From Myxococcota bacterium (GTDB lineage: Bacteria; Myxococcota_A; UBA796; CAJQPC01): a DNA stretch of 64,000 nt. Positions within the stretch are counted from its first letter, which is position 1, and every line of letters starts with the position of its first letter. Below are positions 29,130 to 38,848 of this stretch, in pieces. The notes beneath the pieces were generated by a model, which was given only the letters and a program-made list of their open reading frames with translations, was not told where the DNA came from and did no database searches. The position numbers and the translations under genes were made by a program. The stretch is taken from positions 1 through 64,000 of the forward strand of contig DASCPX010000014.1 of the NCBI GenBank assembly GCA_036012755.1, given 5' to 3'.

Positions 29130-30266
29130 CTACCCGGGATCCGGCTCCCTCGGGGCGAGGTTGGCGACGACGGCCATGTGATCCGAGGGCATACGCACCG
29201 TCTCGACGTCCTCGAGCTCCCAGGCGGCGCCGTGCCAGATGCGATCGACCTGGTACAGCGGCAGGCTCGGAATGCCCGCGACGTTGGTCGGCCAGCTCGC
29301 TCGACCGGGGACCTCGAGCAGCCCCGCGTCCTGCAGGCGCCCGTGGAAGCGCCGGAAGGTGCCGTGGGTCGCCGAGTCCCCCAGCACGATCAGCGAGGGC
29401 GCGTTCAGAGCCGAGACGAAGCTGGAGAGCCGCTCCGCGCTGCCGCCGATGAGCGCCGGCCAGGCACCGACCTCTTTCAGCGCCGGTGTGTCGAGGTGGA
29501 CGGCCATGACCGGGATGACCGTATCGTCGATCATGGGGAACGCGAGGCTGGCGAGGGCCTCGTGATCGCCAGCGGTGGGCACGCTGATGCCGAAGGCGTC
29601 CTTCTGCTCCGCTCCGCAGACGCCGAAGAAGCCGTCGCGGACCACGAGACCGTGGCCCCAGCGCTCCTCTGCGCGGACGAAGAGGCCCTCTGCGATCGGC
29701 TCTTCGTCCGCGTCGTGCAGGCCCCGGGGCGCGCTCGCGACAGCGCGCCGGGACAGCCGGTCCTGAAGCGCCCCAGCGATGCCGTCGACGAACTCCTCGT
29801 CGACCTCCTGGACGACGAGGAGGTCGGCATCGAGGGACAACAGCGCCTCTGTAGCGGCCGCCCGATCCGGATGATGTGCGGCGTTCCACGTCGCGATCCG
29901 CAGGGCGCGAGGGGGCATCTCGGCCTTTGCAACGCAGTGGCGCACCGTCGGACCAGCCTCCGCAGAGGCCTCCGTCGGACCCAGGTGTGGAGGCGGCCGG
30001 CGCACGGCGGTGCCGAGGGCCACGAGGGCGGACAGCGCCACGACCAGCGCCCCGCCCCGGCGAGAGAGCCCGGCGTGCAAGGCGGCAGCGACGAGGATGA
30101 CCCAGACCAGGGGCTCGGCGACGAGCAGGAGCAAGGTGGGCAGCGTCGCCTCGGCCGCTCCGCTGATCGCGACCGCCCCCATCGCCGAAGCGCCCACGAC
30201 CGCGAGCAAGGCCAGCGCGCGAAGGGTCGCGGAGAGAGGAGAGCGTGCCGCCATCGGCCTCATCAT
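29130..30266 (-). CDS. Membrane-anchored endonuclease/exonuclease/phosphatase family protein
   Basis: LRIATWN, DLLVVQE, VHL, LGDS, VDRIW, PSDH. Confidence 0.85.
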   Translation of the reverse strand: MMRPMAARSPLSATLRALALLAVVGASAMGAVAISGAAEATLPTLLLLVAEPLVWVILVAAALHAGLSRRGGALVVALSALVALGTAVRRPPPHLGPTEASAEAGPTVRHCVAKAEMPPRALRIATWNAAHHPDRAAATEALLSLDADLLVVQEVDEEFVDGIAGALQDRLSRRAVASAPRGLHDADEEPIAEGLFVRAEERWGHGLVVRDGFFGVCGAEQKDAFGISVPTAGDHEALASLAFPMIDDTVIPVMAVHLDTPALKEVGAWPALIGGSAERLSSFVSALNAPSLIVLGDSATHGTFRRFHGRLQDAGLLEVPGRASWPTNVAGIPSLPLYQVDRIWHGAAWELEDVETVRMPSDHMAVVANLAPREPDPG

Positions 30267-30342
30267 CGCACGCGTATCCGCGATCGGAGTGGCTGCGAGC
30301 CCCCCGGCGGGTCAAAGCACCTGGGTGAAGGTGGCACTCCCC

Positions 30343-31752
30343 ATGTTGTTCTGGTTCCTGGCCTGCCCGAAACCCTCGACAGAGGTCCTCGACAGCTTCC
30401 CCGACAGTCCTCCGGAGACGCTCTCGGCTATCGACGCGCGGGCCAAAGCCCAGGTCGAACCACTGCCGGCGGCCGAGGCCCAGACCGTGACCATGCGCGG
30501 CGCCACGGTGATGACCGCCGCTGGAGACACCTGGTCTCCAGGCTGGCTCGTGCTCGAGCAGGGCCGCATCACGGCGCTGGGCGAGGGTGAACCGCCGCGG
30601 ACCTCTGGGGTCGTGCTGGACCTCGAAGGCCAGTACCTGACCCCTGGCCTCATCGACACCCACAGCCACATGGGTGTCTACGCCTCGCCGAGCGCGAAGG
30701 CCCACGGCGACGGCAACGAGGCGAGCGCCCCCGTCACGGCGGGGGTCTGGGCCGAGCACAGCCTCTGGCCGCAGGACCCGAACTTCGAGCTCGCCGTCGC
30801 CGGTGGTGTCACGACCATCCAGGTGATCCCTGGCTCGGCGAACCTCATCGGCGGCCGCGGCGTGACGGTCCACATGGTGCCGACACGAGGCTCGCGGGCC
30901 ATGCGTTTCCCGGGCGCTCCCGACGGCATCAAGATGGCCTGCGGAGAGAACCCCAAGCGGGTCTATGGAGAGAACAAGAAGGGAGCCCCGAGCACGCGGA
31001 TGGGCAACCTGCGAGGCCAACGCGAGGCCTTCGCCAAGGCCACCGAATACCTCGCCGAGTGGGAGCGCTACGCCGACGCTCACGCCGAGTGGCTCCAGGG
31101 AGGCCAGGGCGATGAGCCGACGCCGCCGAAGCGCGACCTGGAGCTCGAGACCCTGGCCGGCGTGCTGACCGGAGACGTGCTCGTCCACATCCACTGCTAC
31201 CGGGCGGACGACATGCTCTCGATGCTCCAGGTGGCGGAGGAGTTCGACTTCGAGGTCCGCTCCTTCCACCACGCGCTGGAGGCCTACAAGATCGCGGACG
31301 TGCTGGCAGAGGAGGACGTCGGCGTCTCCACCTGGGCCGACTGGTGGGGCTTCAAGATGGAGGCCTACGACGGCATCCCCTACAACCTGGCGATGAACGA
31401 GGCAGCGGGGGGCCGTCCGATCGTGCACAGCGACTCCCCCATCGACGCCCAGCGACTGAACCAGGAGGCGGCCAAGGGCATGCGCTACGGCTGGGAGGCC
31501 GGGCTCGAGATCAGCGAGGACGACGCCCTGCGCTGGATCACCTGGAACCCGGCCTGGGCTCTCGGCATCGAGGACGAGGTCGGCAGCCTCGAGCGAGGCA
31601 AACGAGCCGACGTCGTGGTCTGGGACGGCCACCCGTTCTCCGTCTACACCCACGCCTCGATGGTCTTCGTCGACGGCGTCCTCCGCTACGACCGCTCCCA
31701 GCCGACGGAGCCCTGGAGCGACCTCATGCTCGGTCAGGAGGCACCACGATGA
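30343..31752 (+). CDS. Amidohydrolase family lipoprotein
   Basis: MLFWFLAC; TPGLIDTHSH, KMACGENPKRVY, HCYRAD, HSD, GSLERGKRAD. Confidence 0.9.
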   Translation: MLFWFLACPKPSTEVLDSFPDSPPETLSAIDARAKAQVEPLPAAEAQTVTMRGATVMTAAGDTWSPGWLVLEQGRITALGEGEPPRTSGVVLDLEGQYLTPGLIDTHSHMGVYASPSAKAHGDGNEASAPVTAGVWAEHSLWPQDPNFELAVAGGVTTIQVIPGSANLIGGRGVTVHMVPTRGSRAMRFPGAPDGIKMACGENPKRVYGENKKGAPSTRMGNLRGQREAFAKATEYLAEWERYADAHAEWLQGGQGDEPTPPKRDLELETLAGVLTGDVLVHIHCYRADDMLSMLQVAEEFDFEVRSFHHALEAYKIADVLAEEDVGVSTWADWWGFKMEAYDGIPYNLAMNEAAGGRPIVHSDSPIDAQRLNQEAAKGMRYGWEAGLEISEDDALRWITWNPAWALGIEDEVGSLERGKRADVVVWDGHPFSVYTHASMVFVDGVLRYDRSQPTEPWSDLMLGQEAPR

Positions 31753-32945
31753 CCCTGCTCTTGCTGAACACCGCCCTGGCCGACTGCATCCACATCACCG
31801 GCGCCTCGGTCCACACGCCGGATGGTCCCAAGTCCATCGACGTCGTCGTGCGGGCGGGGGAGATCAAGCGACTCGGGCGCGACCTGGACGTCACCGGCTG
31901 CAAGGCCGTCGACGGCGAGGGCAGGGTCCTCACCTACGGCTTCACAGAGGTCGACTCCCAGATGGGCCTGGTCGAGGTGCGCATGGAGGACAGCACCCTC
32001 GAGATCGCCGGGGGCTACCCGAGCTACCGGGTGGCCGACGGCTATGACCCGCGCTCCAGCGTCATCGCCATCTCCCGCCAAGGGGGGGTGACCTCTGCCG
32101 TGGCCGTGCCCACCGGCTCGGGAATCCGTGGCACTTCGGCCTGGGTCGACCTCGCCGCCCAGACCCAGGCAGAGGCCCTCGTCGATACGGACGTCGCTCT
32201 CCACACAGCCCTCGGCGCCCACGCTGCGGCCTCCCTCGGCACGCTCCGCATCCAGCTGGACGACGCGCGCACCTACGCCCGGGCCAAGAGCGCCTACGAC
32301 CGGGACCAGCTGCGGGACCTCAGCCTGCCGATGGCCGACCTCCAAGCCCTCCAGCCGGTCCTGCGGGGAGACCTGCCGTTGGTGGTCCAGGCGGACCGGG
32401 CCTCCGACATCGAGGCGCTGTTGCGCTTCGCTGACGAGCAGGAGATCCGGCTCGTGCTCCGCAGCGGCGCCGAAGCCTGGCTCATGGCAGATGAGCTCGC
32501 AGCGGCCGAGGTCCCCGTGATCCTCGACCCGATGCTCTACGGTCCCCGCACCTTCGACCAGCTCCATGCCCGAGCTGACAACGCGGCGTTGCTGCACGCA
32601 GCCGGGGTCGAGGTGATGTTCACGACCGGCTCCGCGCACAACAGCCGTGAGCTCCGCCACCTCGCCGGAAACGCGGTGCGCGAGGGTCTCCCGCACGAAG
32701 CCGCCCTCGACGCGATCACCGCCGCTCCGGCGCGTGTCTTCGGTGTCGAGGACCGCGGCACCATCGAGGTCGGCCGCGTCGCGAACCTCGTGCTCTGGGA
32801 CGGTGATCCGCTCGAAGTGACGACCCAGGCGACGTGGCTGATGATCGGCGGCAACGTGATCCCGCTCGAGTCTCGCCACACAGCCCTGCGAGACCGCTAT
32901 CTGACACTGCCCGGCTCGCCGATCCCAGCCGTGGAGCTGGATTAG
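31749..32945 (+). CDS. Amidohydrolase-fold partner protein with degenerate metal site
   Basis: ATGA overlap; GFTEVDSQ in place of DxHxH; GTIEVGRVANLVLWDGDPL. Confidence 0.85.
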   Translation: MTLLLLNTALADCIHITGASVHTPDGPKSIDVVVRAGEIKRLGRDLDVTGCKAVDGEGRVLTYGFTEVDSQMGLVEVRMEDSTLEIAGGYPSYRVADGYDPRSSVIAISRQGGVTSAVAVPTGSGIRGTSAWVDLAAQTQAEALVDTDVALHTALGAHAAASLGTLRIQLDDARTYARAKSAYDRDQLRDLSLPMADLQALQPVLRGDLPLVVQADRASDIEALLRFADEQEIRLVLRSGAEAWLMADELAAAEVPVILDPMLYGPRTFDQLHARADNAALLHAAGVEVMFTTGSAHNSRELRHLAGNAVREGLPHEAALDAITAAPARVFGVEDRGTIEVGRVANLVLWDGDPLEVTTQATWLMIGGNVIPLESRHTALRDRYLTLPGSPIPAVELD

Positions 32946-32954
32946 GATCGGCTC

Positions 32955-33884
32955 GTGGAAGAGCGAGACGACGACAAGACCGAAGCCAACCCGATCAAGC
33001 GCCACTACGACCCCTCCCAAGAGGACCGAGAGGCCTTCCTGATCGTCCTGTCGGGAGCGTCCATCGGCAAGATGCACCGGCTGGCTGATGGAGAGAACAC
33101 GGTCGGGCGCAGCCGAAAGTGCAACGTAGTTCTCGAGGAGGAGGGCGTCTCGCGCATCCACGCCCGCGTCGAAGCCGATGACGACGGAGCGCGAATCGCC
33201 GACAACGGATCGACCAACGGCACCTTCGTCAACGGGCACAAGCTGGGAGCCGGAGAGCAGCCCACCTTGCGCGACGGCGATCGCATCATGCTGGGGGGCT
33301 CGATGGTCCTGCGCTTCAGCCTCCAGGACGAGCTCGACGAGTCCTTCCAGCAGCAGCTCTACGAGTCCGCCGTTCGAGACAACCTGACCGGCGCCTACAA
33401 CAAGCGGTACCTGCTCGAGCGCCTGGAGCAGGAGTTCAGCTACGCCGAGCGACACGGCACGCCCCTGTCCCTCATCGTGCTGGATCTCGACCACTTCAAG
33501 AAGGTCAACGACACCCACGGTCACGCCGCCGGCGACGAGGTGCTGCGGGCGGTCGCCGACGTCATCCAGGGTGCAGCCAGGGCAGAGGACATCTTCGCTC
33601 GCTACGGCGGTGAGGAGTTCGTGCTCATGCTGCGAGAGACCTCGCTCCACGACACGATGCGCTACGCTGAGCGGCTGCGCGTCCTCACCAGCGAGATCTC
33701 GGTCGTCTTCGCCGGGGTCAGCATCGAGATCACCTGCAGCCTGGGCGTCGCGAGCACCGACGGCGCCTGGTACAAGAGCGGCCGGCGCCTCTTCGTGAAG
33801 GCCGACCGCAACCTCTACCAGGCCAAGCAGTCAGGCCGGAACTGCATCTTCGGGCCGGAGCGCACCAAAAAGAGCGAGGACTGA
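32955..33884 (+). CDS. FHA-domain diguanylate cyclase
   Basis: VGRS...SRIHA...STNGT (FHA); DNLTGAYN, DLDHFKKVND, RAED I-site, ARYGGEEF. Confidence 0.95.
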   Translation: MEERDDDKTEANPIKRHYDPSQEDREAFLIVLSGASIGKMHRLADGENTVGRSRKCNVVLEEEGVSRIHARVEADDDGARIADNGSTNGTFVNGHKLGAGEQPTLRDGDRIMLGGSMVLRFSLQDELDESFQQQLYESAVRDNLTGAYNKRYLLERLEQEFSYAERHGTPLSLIVLDLDHFKKVNDTHGHAAGDEVLRAVADVIQGAARAEDIFARYGGEEFVLMLRETSLHDTMRYAERLRVLTSEISVVFAGVSIEITCSLGVASTDGAWYKSGRRLFVKADRNLYQAKQSGRNCIFGPERTKKSED

Positions 33885-33885
33885 G

Positions 33886-34473
33886 CTACCACCAGGCCTG
33901 AGACGCGATCCAGACCTGTCGGAGGTGCTCTCGCTCGACGCCCTCGACGCCCATCTTGTCGAGCACGGCCTGGACCTCGCCGTACTGCTCTGGCGCGCCG
34001 AGGCCATAGCGCGCGGTGAGGATGCCTCGCTGGCGGTCGAAGACGCGCCAGGCGGCCATGGAGAGGACCTCGTCGAGCATCGCGATGCGCATGCGCTGGG
34101 CGCACTCGCCGACCACGCGCGCCATCTCCCGCTCGTAGGACTCGCCGAAGTCCTCTGTCCCCCAGGCGGGATCGCGAGAGTACTCGTCCTCTTCCTGGTC
34201 GACGACGACGGCCTTGAAGAGGCTACGACCGAGCTCGCGCAGCGTGACCACGGTCCAGGCGAGGATCTCGTGCGCCACGCGGAACTGCCCGGAGAGCACG
34301 TGCTCCTTGGTCGTGGCGTTCCACTCGCTGAAGAAGCCGCCCGATTCGAGGCGAACGACCGGACATCCCGCGAGCTCGCACGCCACGGCGCACTCCTCGA
34401 ACTCGGCGCCCCAAACGTGGACCGCGGACGCCTCTGGATCGCTCCGGCGGATCTGCGGGACCCGGCTGATCAT
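33886..34473 (-). CDS. Hypothetical protein
   Basis: GGAGG Shine-Dalgarno, GC3-rich codons, fills the gap exactly. Confidence 0.65.
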   Translation of the reverse strand: MISRVPQIRRSDPEASAVHVWGAEFEECAVACELAGCPVVRLESGGFFSEWNATTKEHVLSGQFRVAHEILAWTVVTLRELGRSLFKAVVVDQEEDEYSRDPAWGTEDFGESYEREMARVVGECAQRMRIAMLDEVLSMAAWRVFDRQRGILTARYGLGAPEQYGEVQAVLDKMGVEGVEREHLRQVWIASQAWW

Positions 34474-34520
34474 CCCTACCTCCGAGGGGGAGTGTCACAC
34501 ACCGGGGCTATCCTTGGGCG

Positions 34521-35234
34521 GTGCAGCTTCAGGTCGTGATCCTCTGCGGCGGCTACGGCACGCGGATGGGCACCGCGGGCGGCAGGGTCCCGAAGCCGAT
34601 GCTCAGCGTCGGAGACCAACCTCTGCTGTGGCACGTGATGCGCTGCTACGCGGACCAGGGACACCGGCGCTTCGTCCTCTGCACGGGCTACCTCGGAGGC
34701 GTGATCGACAACTGGTTCGCGGCGCATCGGCCCTTGGACTGGGAGGTCAGGATCCTGGACACCGGCCTCGACACTTCGACAGGTGGCAGGCTCCTCCTGG
34801 CGCGCCCAGCCCTCGATGAGGATCGGAGCTTCTTCTTCACCTATGGCGACGGGGTCGCGGACGTCGATCTGGCCGCCCTGTACGCCCATCACAGGAGTGA
34901 AAGCCGGCTCGCCACGGTGACCGCGCTGAGGCCGACCTCGCGCTTCGGCATCCTCGACCTCAGCGGTGGACGGGTCACACGCTTCCGCGAGAAACCACAG
35001 CTGGACGACTACGTCAGCGGGGGCTTCTTCGTCTTCGAGCCCGGTGCCTTCGACTACATGAACGCGAGCGAGCCGCTGGAGAACGGCGCCCTCGGCCGCC
35101 TCGCAGAGGCCGGGCAGCTCTCCGCCTATCGCCACGAAGGCTTCTGGCTCTCCGTCGACACTCCCCGGGATCTCACCGAGATCAACCGCATCCACGACCA
35201 CGGAGGTGCCCCATGGCTCGTCGCGTCCTCGTGA
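34521..35234 (+). CDS. rfbF: Glucose-1-phosphate cytidylyltransferase-like nucleotidyltransferase
   Basis: ILCGGYGTRM, PKPM, DTGLDTSTGGRL, TYGDG, YRHEGFW..VDTPRD. Confidence 0.85.
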   Translation: MQLQVVILCGGYGTRMGTAGGRVPKPMLSVGDQPLLWHVMRCYADQGHRRFVLCTGYLGGVIDNWFAAHRPLDWEVRILDTGLDTSTGGRLLLARPALDEDRSFFFTYGDGVADVDLAALYAHHRSESRLATVTALRPTSRFGILDLSGGRVTRFREKPQLDDYVSGGFFVFEPGAFDYMNASEPLENGALGRLAEAGQLSAYRHEGFWLSVDTPRDLTEINRIHDHGGAPWLVASS

Positions 35235-36148
35235 GCGGAGCCGCCGGACTGCTCGGCGCCGCCTGTGTGGATCGACTGCTGGCTCGCGGCGACGAGGTCA
35301 TCGCACTCGTCCGTGATCGGGATCCGCGCAGCCGCTTCTACCGCAGCGGGCACCTCGATCGAGCCATCGAGGTCCGCAGCGAGCTCGCCTCGGCGCAACG
35401 CCTCGTCGCCGAGTACCAGCCCACCCACGTCCTCCACCTCGCCGCCCAGACACAGGTCACCACCGCGAACCGCACCGCCCTGTCGACCTTCGAGTCCAAC
35501 GTGCGCGGCACCTGGCTCCTGCTCGAGCACTGCCGGGACGTCGAGGGCATCGTGGTCGCCTCCTCTGACAAGGCCTACGGCGCCGCGGCGACTCCCACGA
35601 ACGAGTCTGCCGCCTTGGACCCCAGCGCACCCTACGACGTGAGCAAGGCCTGCACGGACCTCATCGCCCGCAGCTACGGCGTCCACTTCCGCCGCCCGGT
35701 CGTGGTGACGCGCTGCGGGAACCTCTACGGTCCGGGCGACCTGAACATGGACCGGCTGGTGCCCGGCATCTCGATGCAGCTCGCCCGTCGCGAGGTCCCT
35801 GTGCTGCGCTCGACGGGCACCATGACCCGGGACTGGACCTACGTGGACGACGCCGCGGAGGCCACGCTGATGCTCCTGGACCGCGCGGCGGAGCACCGCG
35901 GCGAGGCCTTCAACATCGCCAGCGGGGAGAACGCCAGCGTGCTCGACATCGTGGGGCGACTGCGGGCGCTGGCTGGCGGCGGAGAGGAGCCGGCCATCGC
36001 CGCGGAGGATCCCAGGGGCGAGATCGCCCACCAGGCCCTCGACACCGCCAAGATCCAGGCCCTGGGCTGGCGAGCTCGGATCGGCCTCGACGAGGGGCTC
36101 GCCCGGAGCTTCGCCTGGTACCGCGACCTCGCCGCCGACACGGCCTGA
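35213..36148 (+). CDS. CDP-glucose 4,6-dehydratase-like NAD-dependent dehydratase
   Basis: SGAAGLLG, HLAAQ, ASSDKAY, PYDVSK, RCGNLYGPGD. Confidence 0.85.
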   Translation: MARRVLVSGAAGLLGAACVDRLLARGDEVIALVRDRDPRSRFYRSGHLDRAIEVRSELASAQRLVAEYQPTHVLHLAAQTQVTTANRTALSTFESNVRGTWLLLEHCRDVEGIVVASSDKAYGAAATPTNESAALDPSAPYDVSKACTDLIARSYGVHFRRPVVVTRCGNLYGPGDLNMDRLVPGISMQLARREVPVLRSTGTMTRDWTYVDDAAEATLMLLDRAAEHRGEAFNIASGENASVLDIVGRLRALAGGGEEPAIAAEDPRGEIAHQALDTAKIQALGWRARIGLDEGLARSFAWYRDLAADTA

Positions 36149-36154
36149 GGGGGC

Positions 36155-37555
36155 ATGCGCGTCCTGCTCGTGAACCCCACGATGGGGGACTACTACCAGC
36201 ACTCGAAAGTGAAGGCCGCGATCACGCTCTCGCCGCCACTGAACCTCGCGCTGTTGGCCGGGAACCTCGAGCGCCATGGCCACACCGCGACGATCTGGGA
36301 CCTCGATGCCGAGCGCCTCGCAGCCGAGCCGGATGGCGCCTTGGAAGCCCGGCTCGGGGCAGAGAGCCCGGACATCATCGGCGTCACCTTCCGGACACCG
36401 CTCTTCCCCCAAGCCCGCCGCATCGCAGAGCTGGCCCGAAAAGTCTGCCCCTCCGCGCTGCTGGTCGCTGGAGGCGTGCACCCCTCCACCCGCCCCGACG
36501 AGGTCCTCGAGGCCGCCCCCTTCGACGTCGCGGTTCGCGGCGAGGGCGACGACAGCATCGTGCAGCTCGTCGATGGTGACAGCTACGAGGAGATCGGAGG
36601 CCTGTCCTGGCGCGGCGGACGCACCGACGACCGGCCGCCCATCCAGGAGCTGGACGCGCTGGCCTTCGGCGCCTGGAACCAGTTCGACCTGTCTCGCTAC
36701 AGCCGGAGCTCGCTCGTCGCCCACACCGCGCCGGTCGCCGACCTCGAGTTCTCCCGAGGATGCCGGGCCCGTTGCGTCTACTGCACGAAGGGTGTCTTCG
36801 GCAGCGACTGGCGAAGCAAGAGCCCGGAGCGCTTCGTCGACGAGCTGGAGCACGCAAAGGCCCACGGTTTCCGGGGCTTCAACCTCGTCGACGACTCCTT
36901 CACGACCATCACCTCCCGAGCCATCGCCACCTGCGAGGAGATGCTGCGGCGCGACGTGGATTTGCCCTGGACCTGCACCAACGGCATCCGGGTCGGGAAC
37001 GTGAACGAGGAGTTCTTCCGCGTGGCCCGCAGGGCGGGCTGCTACCTCCTCGCCTTCGGCTTCGAGAGCGGCAGCGACGCCGTGCTCAAGCGCATCAAGA
37101 AAGGCGCCACCGTCAGCCAGGCGCGCCGCGCCGTCGGCTGGGCCCGCAAGTACGGCTTCACCATCCTCGGCTACTTCATGGTCGGGCTCCCCGGCGAGAC
37201 CGAGGAGACCATCCGAGAGACCGCCGAGTTCGCCGCCTCGCTCGACGTGGACTTCGCGAAGTTCAGCATCACGATGCCCCTGCCCGGCACCCCCCTGTAC
37301 GAGGAGTGGGCTGGCAGCATCCGAGATCCTCGGAAGTACGACTTCAGCATCCACCAGCCCGACAACGGGCTCTACGACCACCCCGACTTCACCTGGCCCG
37401 AGCTCGAGGCCCACACCAAGGCGGCCTACCGCACCTTCTATGGGCGGCCCCGCTATGTCGCGAGGCGCCTGCTCCGGAGCCTTCGGAGCGGCCAGCTCCG
37501 GCGGGAGGCGCTCTACGCACTCGGCATCGGCTACGGCGGGCTGCTCCGGCGCTGA
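36155..37555 (+). CDS. Cobalamin-binding radical SAM protein
   Basis: PPLNL...GGVHPS...RGEGD N-domain; SRGCRARCVYC; GFESGS; VGLPGET. Confidence 0.92.
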   Translation: MRVLLVNPTMGDYYQHSKVKAAITLSPPLNLALLAGNLERHGHTATIWDLDAERLAAEPDGALEARLGAESPDIIGVTFRTPLFPQARRIAELARKVCPSALLVAGGVHPSTRPDEVLEAAPFDVAVRGEGDDSIVQLVDGDSYEEIGGLSWRGGRTDDRPPIQELDALAFGAWNQFDLSRYSRSSLVAHTAPVADLEFSRGCRARCVYCTKGVFGSDWRSKSPERFVDELEHAKAHGFRGFNLVDDSFTTITSRAIATCEEMLRRDVDLPWTCTNGIRVGNVNEEFFRVARRAGCYLLAFGFESGSDAVLKRIKKGATVSQARRAVGWARKYGFTILGYFMVGLPGETEETIRETAEFAASLDVDFAKFSITMPLPGTPLYEEWAGSIRDPRKYDFSIHQPDNGLYDHPDFTWPELEAHTKAAYRTFYGRPRYVARRLLRSLRSGQLRREALYALGIGYGGLLRR

Positions 37556-38739
37556 CGCCGCCAGAGGACCAGGAGCCCGAGCAGCCACGCGCCGCCAAGG
37601 GGAACCGCACCGCAGCCTCCCCCTTCTGCGGTTGGCTCGATGACCTCTACAGTCACCTCGGCGACGGTGCTCTGCGGAGGATCGCCGTCGTCGGTGACCT
37701 TCACCCGCAGGACCTCCTCACCAGAGCTGGCCGGCCGCACGATGACCGTCCCGTCGTCCTCGACGAAGGCCTCGCCGAGCTCGCTGGCCTCGATCAGCGC
37801 GTAGCTGTGGGCGTCCTCTGAGTCGGGGTCGTTCGGGACCACCCTGGTGCGCGCCATGCTGCCAGCGACCACGACGATGTTGCCCCACACCGGCTCGGGG
37901 GCGCGGTTGTCGTCGGAGCCGCCGCCGTCGTCGTCGTCGTCATCGGGACCCGGGTCGTCGTCCCCGTCACAGTCTGGCGCTGGCATGCTGCGTCCGGTCT
38001 TCTCCTCGATCCAGTCGACGACATAGTCCGGTCGTCCCCAGATGCCGCCCTCCTCGCAGGGTGCGTAGACGTTTGCATAGGAGCGCGAGGTGACACCGAC
38101 GAGGTAGTGGCCTTCCGGCGTGAGCAGGTAGAGCGGGCCGCCCGAGTCGCCATAGCAGGCGTCCACACCCTCGCCACCAGCCGCGATCTCGCCACCCGGG
38201 CTGACGGCGTAGTTGCAGCCGCGCCACATGTCCGTGCAGTCATGGTCGGCGACGGTCGAGGTCGCCTCCATCAGCGTCGAGGTGTACACCGTGCCCCAGA
38301 TGTCCGTCGCGCCGTAGCCGACGATCTGCACGTCCGCGCCGTCGGCGAGGTAGGTGTCGAGGATGCAGTCCTGCGCGATGACGCGCGGTTCGATGGTCGT
38401 CTCCTCCTCCAGGACGAGGACGGCGACATCCACGGTCCCCCAGCTGTTGGAGTACTCGTGGCTGCTGCGGACCCGGATCTTCTCCCCGTTGTTGTAGTAG
38501 TTCGTCGAGTCGAGGATGACGTGGGTGATGCCACCGACGCAGTGGCCAGCCGTGATGACGACGTCCGGGGCGATCAGGGTGCCGGTGCATCCGACGGAGT
38601 TCCCGTTGAACACGATGGCCGCGGTGTCGGGCCACTTGCCAGCTGGCGCCGCTCCCCCTCCGACCACGGGTGGAGGGGCTGTGAGGCCGGTGTCATCTGC
38701 AAGGCCAAGGCTGCAGATCAGCGACAGGATCACGGACAA
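37531..38739 (-). CDS. Trypsin-like (S1) serine protease with Ig-like domain and MYXO-CTERM-like tail
   Basis: VVGG, ITAGHC, DVAVL, GDSGGP; ends GGGCGAVPLGGAWLLGLLVLWRRQRR. Confidence 0.93.
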   Translation of the reverse strand: MSVILSLICSLGLADDTGLTAPPPVVGGGAAPAGKWPDTAAIVFNGNSVGCTGTLIAPDVVITAGHCVGGITHVILDSTNYYNNGEKIRVRSSHEYSNSWGTVDVAVLVLEEETTIEPRVIAQDCILDTYLADGADVQIVGYGATDIWGTVYTSTLMEATSTVADHDCTDMWRGCNYAVSPGGEIAAGGEGVDACYGDSGGPLYLLTPEGHYLVGVTSRSYANVYAPCEEGGIWGRPDYVVDWIEEKTGRSMPAPDCDGDDDPGPDDDDDDGGGSDDNRAPEPVWGNIVVVAGSMARTRVVPNDPDSEDAHSYALIEASELGEAFVEDDGTVIVRPASSGEEVLRVKVTDDGDPPQSTVAEVTVEVIEPTAEGGGCGAVPLGGAWLLGLLVLWRRQRRSSPP

Positions 38740-38848
38740 TCCGTCGGTACCGGGCGCAGCATTACACGGAGCCTGCGCCTCGACATGTCAAAAGTAGACA
38801 AGGTGTATACGCCGGAATCGGGATATCTCCCAGGTGTTGGAGATCCCG

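Noticed and set aside
28597..31653. Very long alternative ORFs (also 38107-41235, 44022-47084, 35126-37588 and the 5' part of 57970-60708)
   Set aside because: Shadow frames of real genes in high-GC DNA (Arg/Pro/Gly-rich or antisense). Only the C-terminal parts of two of them are real and are annotated separately.
38786..38800. TGTC-N7-GACA operator in the divergent promoter
   Set aside because: Only 4-bp arms and no second copy found
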